NCBI GenBank assembly: GCA_023248155.1
Contig: JAHFFE010000002.1
Coordinates: 42,263-106,262 of the forward strand
Direction of reading: 5' to 3'
Origin: Candidatus Omnitrophota bacterium
Lineage (GTDB): Bacteria; Omnitrophota; Gorgyraeia; 1-14-0-20-64-10
Length of the DNA: 64,000 nucleotides
In this document: positions 39,961-46,991 of the stretch, one piece after another
How the letters are laid out: each line of letters begins with the position of its first letter
Numbering within the stretch: the first letter of the stretch is position 1
Translations under genes and position numbers: made by a program
The notes under the pieces: model-generated
Seen by the model: the letters and a program-made list of their open reading frames with translations, nothing else
What the model was told of the DNA's origin: nothing
Databases searched by the model: none

Positions 39961-40521
39961 ATGGAAACCGCAATTGCGTTAAAAGAATGGGCGATTATCA
40001 CTCAGGCCGCGGGTGCCGGAGAACAGGTGATTTTGCTGCGAAAGGGAGGGATCCGCGACCCGCAGGGACTCTTTGCTCTCGAACACCGCGAATTTTTGCT
40101 TTACCCTACCTGGGAACATCAGAAAAAAGAATGGGTTCGCGCGCCGTTCCAGCAGAAATACAGCGCTGTTTTAGAAGCCAAAGAACCGGCCCAGGTCCCA
40201 TTTTCAGTTTATGCCGGCGTAGCGTACCACACCGAAATTAAAAACCTTTCTGTTTTCACGAGGCTCGAAAAATACCATATCTGGACGCCCGAATTTTTTG
40301 CCTACCGGGCGCAATACCATCCGGAATCACCCACGCTGCTGGCGGTCATCCGCGCTTATCATCTGCCCAAGACGGTGAACGTTTCTCCGGAACCGGACTA
40401 TGCCGGCTGTAAATCCTGGGTGAATTTAAAGAGGCCGGTTTCAGTGGATGGCGGTGAGCCGGTGATTGAAAACCGGAAATTCCGGACGATATTGGAAGAG
40501 ATTAGAGAGGTTTGCGGTTAG
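39961..40521 (+). CDS. DUF1802 family protein
   Basis: METAIALKEWAIITQAAGAGEQVILLRKGGI… fits the DUF1802 N-terminal signature. Divergent from nrdJ. Confidence 0.6.
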   Translation: METAIALKEWAIITQAAGAGEQVILLRKGGIRDPQGLFALEHREFLLYPTWEHQKKEWVRAPFQQKYSAVLEAKEPAQVPFSVYAGVAYHTEIKNLSVFTRLEKYHIWTPEFFAYRAQYHPESPTLLAVIRAYHLPKTVNVSPEPDYAGCKSWVNLKRPVSVDGGEPVIENRKFRTILEEIREVCG

Positions 40522-40528
40522 TTAAGAG

Positions 40529-41926
40529 TTAATTACCGGCGCCGGTATTGCGCGCCAGTGCGAAGAACGATTCGGCCACATCTTCGGCCACCTGCCCGTT
40601 GCGGATCAAATCCATGATGGAACGCTCCAGCGTGTACATCTTGGCGTTTCCACCGGTTTCAATCACGGAAGGCAGCTGGGAAAGAGTGCCGTTGCGGATA
40701 ATGTTCCGGCCGGCCGAGGTGGGCACGAATACCTCGGTGGCGAGTGCCAGCCCGCCCTCAAGCGCTTGTTCGCGCGGAATCAGGTACTGCGTCAAGACTC
40801 CCTGAAGACAGCTGGCCAGCTGGAAGGTTGCTTGCTGGCGCTGTTCCGGCGAGCAAATAGTCGCGAACCGGTCGATCGCCTGCACGGTGTTGGTGGCGTG
40901 GAACGACGCGAGCACCAGCGTGCCGGTTTCAGCCGCGTTGAGAACTACCTGCGCCGTTTCAGCGTCATCGACCTCACCGACGACAATGACATCGGGGTCC
41001 TGCCGCAGCGCGCGGCGCACGGCCTCGGCGAATGACAGCGTATCGGAACCCACCTCGCGCTGTTTGATCACCGCTTTTTTGTTTTGGTGAATATATTCAA
41101 TCGGCCGCTCCAGGCAGATGACGATGGCATCGCGATCTTCGTTGATCTGTTCCACCAGGCTGTTGAGCGTCGTTGTTTTTCCGGACCCCGTCGGGCCAAC
41201 CACCAGAATCAGGCCGCTGTTTTTGCGCGTCCAGTCAATGACTACCGACGGAAGCCCCAGTTTTTCCCAATGGGTTACTTTCGCCGGGATACTGCGGATT
41301 GCTGTCTCGACCTGGCCGCGCTGCCAATGCACATTCAGGCGGAACCGTTGCGTGACCGAGATCGAGTAGGCCAGATCCATCTCCCGCTGTTTCTCAAACA
41401 TGCAGATCTGCTCATCGGACATGACACTATAGACCAGCGAACGGATCTCGCCGGGTTTCAAAATTGGAAACTTCATCGGCTTGAGCCGTCCGCGCACGCG
41501 CGCGATCGGCGGGCTGTTCGTGGTTAAATGCAGGTCGGAACCGCCCATTTTGATTAATTCTTCCAGCAGGTTGCGGATATCCATCGTTTCCAGCCGCTGC
41601 AAGATTTCGATGGCGCTGGAAGGATCGATTCTTTCGAACTGCAGGCCAAGCCAATATTTTTGCGCCGGGATTTTTTCTTCCACGCGAATGACGCGGCAGT
41701 TGGCCAGCAATGTTTGATTGTACCCGGGAACATGCAGCTGCAACCGTATCGCCGCGCCGATTTCCACAGGGGAAGCGGTGTTAATGAGCGCGCCGGTTGA
41801 GCTGACATTAACGGTGGTGGAGGGAAGCAGTACTCCGAAAGGAGCACCGTCTTTCAGCAGCTGATACGCTGCCACATAGGCCAGTTGGGCGCGATACGCG
41901 CGCGATGTTTCAGTAGTGTTCGCCAT
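40529..41926 (-). CDS. PilZ-domain/PilT-family retraction ATPase fusion
   Basis: N-terminal ~110 aa contain RAYRA (RxxxR) and NVSSTG ((D/N)xSxxG) c-di-GMP-binding PilZ motifs. C-terminal part is PilT-like (Walker A VVGPTGSGKTTTL, Asp box, His box). Confidence 0.75.
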   Translation of the reverse strand: MANTTETSRAYRAQLAYVAAYQLLKDGAPFGVLLPSTTVNVSSTGALINTASPVEIGAAIRLQLHVPGYNQTLLANCRVIRVEEKIPAQKYWLGLQFERIDPSSAIEILQRLETMDIRNLLEELIKMGGSDLHLTTNSPPIARVRGRLKPMKFPILKPGEIRSLVYSVMSDEQICMFEKQREMDLAYSISVTQRFRLNVHWQRGQVETAIRSIPAKVTHWEKLGLPSVVIDWTRKNSGLILVVGPTGSGKTTTLNSLVEQINEDRDAIVICLERPIEYIHQNKKAVIKQREVGSDTLSFAEAVRRALRQDPDVIVVGEVDDAETAQVVLNAAETGTLVLASFHATNTVQAIDRFATICSPEQRQQATFQLASCLQGVLTQYLIPREQALEGGLALATEVFVPTSAGRNIIRNGTLSQLPSVIETGGNAKMYTLERSIMDLIRNGQVAEDVAESFFALARNTGAGN

Positions 41927-42003
41927 GAACTCGGTTGATTAGTATGCTATCGAACGAAACCGGATTTGACAAGCGAAAATAAAAAAACCGCACGGAAACA
42001 TTC

Positions 42004-43446
42004 TTAGCTTGAATAGGTGATAACCACCCGCCCGACGGCGCCGTTATTGGATCCGGACGGAGATCGGGCAAACCAGCCGCATCCTCCGCCTCCGGGAGCT
42101 ACGCCGTCTGTTCCGATAAAGCGTGAACTGTTCAATTCACCAACGCTTCCGGCGCCACCATTTCCTCCGCTTCCTCCCGCCCGTTGGTATAATGTAAAAA
42201 ACGGCGCTATGGCATCCTGGCCCGAAATATTAAATGTTGCCGTACTGGTTCCGCCTCGTCCTACAATAGCTCCTTCAATTCCTCCAGAGCTTCCGCCTCT
42301 TCCGCCTGTAGCGCTAACAGCAGGGGGAACATTCAGTCCTGTTACGGAGGAGGTGCCGCCGTTGCCTCCGGTATTTGAATTTGTTTTCTGACCTGTTCCT
42401 CCGGCACCGACCGTGATGGTCAAAACGGCTCCAGGTGTTACCGTCGCGAGTTGTCTGCCGTAACCTCCACCTCCACCTCCGTGACCAAACTGAGCGCCGC
42501 CAGCGTTGGGGCTTCCGCCACCGCCACCTCCACCTCCCCAAACTTCAACTGTGACTCCTGTTACTCCGGCCGGTACAGTCCAGTTCGTTGCTCCGGCTGT
42601 GCCAAATACCACTTGCGTTGTCAGGCCTACGCTTCCGCTTACGGAGGCTAAAATAGTAGTCCATGCTGTTCCGTTGTAGAGATTTAATTGGTTCGTAGTG
42701 GTGTTGTAAATTATCAGCCCGGCTACTGGACCGGCAATCGCGTTCCGCTCGGCCGTGATCATTCGAGGAGGGAGAAACCCCTTTGTCGTAGAAGTCAGAT
42801 CCAATGCCGCCGATGCGGCCGGCGCCGCCGTTCCGATCCCCACATTCCCGCCCAGAGGGTTCAACACCAGGTTTCGGAAAGCCACATTCTGTGACTCCGC
42901 TTGAATGTAGCCGGTATTGGTAAAGTTGGTGCTGTCGTAATCCCGGTTGAACCCCAGCGCTAGGCCTCCATTCCCCGCAGCGAGGCTCGGCGTGTTCAGA
43001 TAAATGCCGCTTTGCCCGTTCGCTGAAATCCGCGCCCCGCTGGCCCCAGCTACATCCAACGCGTAAGCGGGGGCCGCCGTCCCAATCCCAACCCGTATTC
43101 CCGGAGTTCCCGGCACTCCAGCGTTGTCTGCTCCAGACGAGAAAATGACATTACTGATGGCGTCATCGGCCCCCACCACATGCAGCGGTCCCTGCGGGTT
43201 GGTAGTCCCGATACCCACTGGACCTACGATGAACGCCGCGCCATTGTTTAGAGGAGGGGTTGGCGTTGCCTCAAAATCGGTTCCGACCGTTAAGCTTTGG
43301 AGATGTTGATTGCCTGTGTTGGACGAAGAGGGGTAGTAGGTGACCAGTTCGACGGTTTCCGCCCACGCGTAACCGGCGAGGATGCCAATGATGAGGAATA
43401 AAAACAATGCGTTGCCGCTGGAAAACCTGCTTTTAATTTTTATCAA
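42004..43446 (-). CDS. Secreted glycine-rich protein with tail-fibre-like repeat motifs
   Basis: Signal peptide. Repeated VGIGTTNPQGPLHV, NVGIGTAAP…LDL and KGFLPPRMT…YNGTAW motifs reminiscent of phage tail-fibre/collar modules. C-terminal GGGGGGG-rich region. Confidence 0.5.
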   Translation of the reverse strand: MIKIKSRFSSGNALFLFLIIGILAGYAWAETVELVTYYPSSSNTGNQHLQSLTVGTDFEATPTPPLNNGAAFIVGPVGIGTTNPQGPLHVVGADDAISNVIFSSGADNAGVPGTPGIRVGIGTAAPAYALDVAGASGARISANGQSGIYLNTPSLAAGNGGLALGFNRDYDSTNFTNTGYIQAESQNVAFRNLVLNPLGGNVGIGTAAPAASAALDLTSTTKGFLPPRMITAERNAIAGPVAGLIIYNTTTNQLNLYNGTAWTTILASVSGSVGLTTQVVFGTAGATNWTVPAGVTGVTVEVWGGGGGGGGSPNAGGAQFGHGGGGGGYGRQLATVTPGAVLTITVGAGGTGQKTNSNTGGNGGTSSVTGLNVPPAVSATGGRGGSSGGIEGAIVGRGGTSTATFNISGQDAIAPFFTLYQRAGGSGGNGGAGSVGELNSSRFIGTDGVAPGGGGCGWFARSPSGSNNGAVGRVVITYSS

Positions 43447-43522
43447 ACAATCTCCCTGTTCGAATAAGTATACCCGATAAAAACGAGTATGAACAGCGGC
43501 GGTTGACAGCGTGAATTAGAGC

Positions 43523-44023
43523 GTGGTAGCTTCCTATACAATGAACCGCTGGAGACCCGTTCTCACGATGATCGCCGCGCTGGCGGCCGGTTTTGCCATC
43601 GGCGCCGGGATCGGCTGGATCCACCGCCAATCGCGGCCGGCACCCGCTCCGGCGCTTCCGGCCCAAACCCAGTTTCGCATCAACGGCCTGATCGATATCC
43701 ATCCGAAATTCAAAAAAAGAGTCAAGCAGTCCGATGTTTTATTTCTCGTGGTTCGTCTTGAAGGGCAGGCCGTTCCGTACGCGGTTAAAAAAATAGCCCC
43801 GGTTTCTTTTCCTCTGCCATACGCGATTGGCCCCGAAGACCGGATGCTCGGAGAAGCGTCGGAACCGCTGAGTCCCGGCCGCAAAATCTCGCTGGCGGCG
43901 CGGCTGGACCACGACGGAGAAGTGTCTGCGAGTCCCGGGGATTTGGAGGGGAGCCCTGCCGAAGGATCATTCGAGTTGCCCGCCGATTCTCTGCATATTT
44001 TAATCGACCGCGTCGTGAAATAA
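43523..44023 (+). CDS. Hypothetical membrane-anchored protein
   Basis: N-terminal TM (PVLTMIAALAAGFAIGAGIGWI); no motif recognised. Directly upstream of the ECF sigma gene. Confidence 0.4.
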   Translation: MVASYTMNRWRPVLTMIAALAAGFAIGAGIGWIHRQSRPAPAPALPAQTQFRINGLIDIHPKFKKRVKQSDVLFLVVRLEGQAVPYAVKKIAPVSFPLPYAIGPEDRMLGEASEPLSPGRKISLAARLDHDGEVSASPGDLEGSPAEGSFELPADSLHILIDRVVK

Positions 44024-44028
44024 AGGGG

Positions 44029-44054
44029 GGAACTTTTTCCTGAACAAGGGGTCT
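44029..44054 (+). promoter_or_regulatory. ECF-type promoter P1 (GGAAC-N17-GTCT) in front of the sigma gene; probably autoregulated
   Basis: -35 GGAAC at 44029-33, 17-nt spacer, -10 GTCT at 44051-54, only 2 nt before ATG 44057, which implies a leaderless mRNA. Confidence 0.55.
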
Positions 44055-44056
44055 TT

Positions 44057-44641
44057 ATGAGTGACGCGGAGCTGGTTGAACAAGCGCGTGCCGGAGACCG
44101 GCAGGCATTTGATCAACTGATGCAACGCTATGAGCGCGAAATGATCGGCGTGGCCTATCGAATGCTGGGCCACTCCGAAGACGCGGTCGATTTGGCACAG
44201 GAGGTGTTCTTGCGCGCCTGGCGCGGGCTCGGCCAGTTTCGCGGCGAAGCGTCGTTTCGCAGCTGGCTTTACCGGATCGCGCTCAATCTGGCGCGCAACA
44301 AACGCCGGTGGTACGCGCGCCATCGGATTGCTTCGATGGTTTCATTAAGCCCGTCCGACGAAGAGACCGAAGAAGGGGACCCTGCGCCGGTTGTACCGAT
44401 CGCTGACCCCTCGACGGATCCGCGTGCCGAGGCGCAGGCGAGTCAGTTTCAGGAAGCGGTGCGGCAGGCGTTGGAAAAACTTCCGGCGGAATTTCGGGAA
44501 ACGGTGATATTAAGGGATATTCAACAGTTGTCGTATGAGGAAGTCGCGCAAGCGACCGGACAACCGGTTGGAACGGTCCGGTCGCGGTTATCCCGCGGCC
44601 GGCATTTGCTGCGGGAAGCGTTAAAAGGAATTTATCCATGA
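44057..44641 (+). CDS. ECF (group IV) sigma-70 factor
   Basis: Region 2 (…DLAQEVFLRAWRGLGQFRG…SWLYRIALNLARN) and region 4 HTH (LSYEEVAQATGQPVGTVRSRLSRGR). Confidence 0.9.
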   Translation: MSDAELVEQARAGDRQAFDQLMQRYEREMIGVAYRMLGHSEDAVDLAQEVFLRAWRGLGQFRGEASFRSWLYRIALNLARNKRRWYARHRIASMVSLSPSDEETEEGDPAPVVPIADPSTDPRAEAQASQFQEAVRQALEKLPAEFRETVILRDIQQLSYEEVAQATGQPVGTVRSRLSRGRHLLREALKGIYP

Positions 44642-45591
44642 ACTGTCAGCAGTGCAGCGAACATCTTTCGGCGTACCTTGACGGACTGCTGTCGGCCTCT
44701 GAGCGGCAGGCGCTGGAGAGCCATTGCGCCGGCTGCGCCCGGTGCGCGGCGGAACTCGCCGATCTTCAGAAAATCCTGATAGCGCTTCCTCAATTGCCGC
44801 AGCCGCCGGTTCCGGAAAATTTCCGCCGCCGTGTCTGGTCTGAGATCGACCGGAAAGGACGGCCGCTCGATTCCTGGCTCATTAAATTGCCGGTAGGCGC
44901 TTTGGCGACGGCGGCCGTTATTTTATTGGTCGCGCGGGTTTCGCAAGATACCATGCCGCAAATGAAGGAACAGGCCGTGCTTTCCGATGTTGCCGCTGCT
45001 CGTTTTGCCGAGCCGACTATGCGACAGCAGAAGGCAGCTCCGCTTGCTGAACAAGAAGAATCAGTATCTGCAAAGGTCATTAATCAAGATAAAAACAAAA
45101 TGGAGTTAAAAGACAAAGCCGATCGATCCGAAGAAACATTGGGAAAATCCCAATCGGTTTCAGCGGCCGCGTCGCCTCAATTAGCGCCGCAACAAAACAG
45201 GGCTTCTATGAAAATGTTGGAAACGGAAGATGGAGAACTTGTTTCTGGGAGGAAAATGTCCGCCGATAGTTCTTCGGCAGCCAGCTTGGTTGCCGATGGT
45301 TTGGAAGATAAAAAATCCAGTTTCGATTCTGCTTATGGCGAATCTGAGCGATGGTTTTTAAGAGTAGAAGATCCATCGGCTACGCAGGTTTTGGTTAGGC
45401 ATATCCTCCAAGAAATGAATGCTTTCAATATTCGGTCGATTTCGCCCTACATAACCGAATTTCAGGTCTCGTTCGGCCAACGCGATTCTTTAAAACAGTA
45501 TTTAAATGAACTGGGCGATCTTCAGCAAGTATCTTCGGAAGATTCCACAATCGAAACAATAACCATTATTGTTCTCCAGCGAACATCGTAA
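44638..45591 (+). CDS. Zinc-binding (ZAS-type) anti-sigma factor, single TM, periplasmic C-terminal domain
   Basis: ATGA overlap with the sigma gene. CQQC…HCAGCARC HxxxCxxC-type motif. TM at PVGALATAAVILLVA. Confidence 0.75.
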   Translation: MNCQQCSEHLSAYLDGLLSASERQALESHCAGCARCAAELADLQKILIALPQLPQPPVPENFRRRVWSEIDRKGRPLDSWLIKLPVGALATAAVILLVARVSQDTMPQMKEQAVLSDVAAARFAEPTMRQQKAAPLAEQEESVSAKVINQDKNKMELKDKADRSEETLGKSQSVSAAASPQLAPQQNRASMKMLETEDGELVSGRKMSADSSSAASLVADGLEDKKSSFDSAYGESERWFLRVEDPSATQVLVRHILQEMNAFNIRSISPYITEFQVSFGQRDSLKQYLNELGDLQQVSSEDSTIETITIIVLQRTS

Positions 45592-45598
45592 ATTTTTG

Positions 45599-45624
45599 GG
45601 AACTTTTTCTTCCGCCCGGTGTCT
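45599..45624 (+). promoter_or_regulatory. ECF-type promoter P2 (GGAAC-N17-GTCT) before the precursor-MNIO operon
   Basis: GGAAC at 45599-603, GTCT at 45621-24. About 55 nt including the 5' UTR and GGGAGG Shine-Dalgarno are nearly identical to P3. Confidence 0.6.
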
Positions 45625-45653
45625 GCATCAGTAGAAAAGGGAGGAATAAACCA

Positions 45654-45863
45654 ATGAAAATTCCAGCGTCAGTGTTAGCGGTCATGTTGGTTGGATTGGG
45701 AAGCGTCGGCGTGATGGGCTGTGCCGCGCACCAGACTCCGACTGAAAAAGCACCCAAAAATAAACCGGACTCTGTTGAGCCGGCTGCCAACCCCCAACCC
45801 GAAACACCGAATCGCCCGAGTCGTTCTGCCGGTTATGAGTGTCGTGCCTGCGGAATGGGATAA
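45654..45863 (+). CDS. 69-aa secreted/lipobox peptide with C-terminal YECRACGMG; candidate RiPP precursor
   Basis: MKIPASVLAVMLVGLGSVGVMG|C signal + lipobox. Pro/Glu-rich linker, C-terminal CxxC. Immediately upstream of the DUF692 gene and behind the GGGAGG Shine-Dalgarno of P2. Confidence 0.55.
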   Translation: MKIPASVLAVMLVGLGSVGVMGCAAHQTPTEKAPKNKPDSVEPAANPQPETPNRPSRSAGYECRACGMG

Positions 45864-45865
45864 AA

Positions 45866-46738
45866 ATGGGGATTCCTCTCGTAGGGCTGTCGTTAATGCC
45901 GGAGGACCCCTTTCGTCAGGCGGCCTACCCTCTTTTTGAAGCGGGGGAAGTCGATGTTCTGGAATGGAGTTTTGATATGGGGTGGGCCGGCGCTCCGTTG
46001 CCTGAATGGATGGAGCAACTGCTCCATCTTTATGGGCAGCGGGGCCGCCTGCTGGGGCATGGAGTTTCATTTTCGCTCTTGTCCGGACAGTGGACCGACC
46101 GCCATCAGAGGTGGCTGCAATTATTATCGGAAGAAGCCACTCGCCACCGGTACCGGCATATCTCCGAACATTATGGATTTATGACGGCCGGAACTTACCA
46201 GAAAGGGGCTCCATTACCGGTCCCCAAAACTCCCGATACAGTTCGTCTCGGGCAGGACCGGTTGCGCCGGCTGGCCGAAGCGGCCGGATGTCCGGTCGGG
46301 CTGGAAAATCTGGCGTTTGCGTTTGGCGCTCATGATGTTTGGGATCAAGGTTCTTTTTTGGAAGAACTGCTGGAATCAGTGGATGGCTTTCTTCTGCTCG
46401 ATCTTCATAATCTCTACTGCCAGTCGGTAAATTTCAAAGCGCCTTGGACTGAATTAGTCGCGCAATACCCGCTCCATCGCGTTCGGGAGCTGCATCTTTC
46501 AGGCGGGTCCTGGTTCGCCGGTGAGCCGTCTTCCCGCTATGAACCGATCCGGCGCGATACGCACGATGGCGCTGTGCCCGAGGAACTTTTCGCTATGCTG
46601 CAGTCCATTTTGAAACGGGCTCCGGCGGTTGAAGCGGTAATTCTCGAACAGCTGGGCGATTCATTAGAGAGCGACGAATCGAAGGTTCGATTCCAGGCCG
46701 ATTACCGGAAAATTCGGGCGATTGTCCATGGACAATAA
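45866..46738 (+). CDS. DUF692 / MNIO (multinuclear non-haem iron oxidative) enzyme, MbnB/TglH/BufB-like
   Basis: Start at ATG 45866 (MGIPLVGLSL…), 3 nt after the peptide stop. HGVSFSL, SEHYGF, PVGLENLAFAF, LLLDLHNLYCQSVNF, VRELHLSGG and RRDTHDG match the conserved DUF692 TIM-barrel blocks. Confidence 0.8.
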   Translation: MGIPLVGLSLMPEDPFRQAAYPLFEAGEVDVLEWSFDMGWAGAPLPEWMEQLLHLYGQRGRLLGHGVSFSLLSGQWTDRHQRWLQLLSEEATRHRYRHISEHYGFMTAGTYQKGAPLPVPKTPDTVRLGQDRLRRLAEAAGCPVGLENLAFAFGAHDVWDQGSFLEELLESVDGFLLLDLHNLYCQSVNFKAPWTELVAQYPLHRVRELHLSGGSWFAGEPSSRYEPIRRDTHDGAVPEELFAMLQSILKRAPAVEAVILEQLGDSLESDESKVRFQADYRKIRAIVHGQ

Positions 46739-46934
46739 AACCTGCGAAGATAAAAACCTCGATAATTTCCAAAGCCGCTTGCTGGAGCTTATGCTGCAGC
46801 CGCTCTCGCAAGAACAGCGCTGGAGAGCTCTGAAAACAGACCCTCTTTTTATACCCTACCAGAACTACATCGCCTCATTTGATCCGCGCATGATGGAAGT
46901 GGCCGCGCAGATTATCCGGAAATGGACTGTTTAG
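46722..46934 (+). CDS. 70-aa protein resembling only the N-terminal (substrate-recognition) part of the DUF2063 MNIO partner
   Basis: Overlaps the MNIO 3' end by 17 nt. LDNFQSRLLELMLQP…YQNYIASF pattern resembles the DUF2063 N-terminus; the C-terminal domain is absent. Confidence 0.4.
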   Translation: MSMDNKTCEDKNLDNFQSRLLELMLQPLSQEQRWRALKTDPLFIPYQNYIASFDPRMMEVAAQIIRKWTV

Positions 46935-46937
46935 CCG

Positions 46938-46963
46938 GGAACTTTTTCCTCCGCCCGGTGTCT
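46938..46963 (+). promoter_or_regulatory. ECF-type promoter P3 (GGAAC-N17-GTCT) before the 639-aa secreted protein gene
   Basis: GGAAC at 46938-42, GTCT at 46960-63; near-duplicate of P2 including UTR and Shine-Dalgarno. Confidence 0.6.
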
Positions 46964-46991
46964 GCATTAGTAGAAAAAGGGAGGAACGACG

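Noticed and set aside
40521-40560. Palindrome accggcgccggt at the convergent DUF1802/PilT gene ends as a bidirectional terminator
   Set aside because: It lies inside the PilZ-PilT coding 3' end (…NTGAGN*) and has no adjacent U-tract on either strand.
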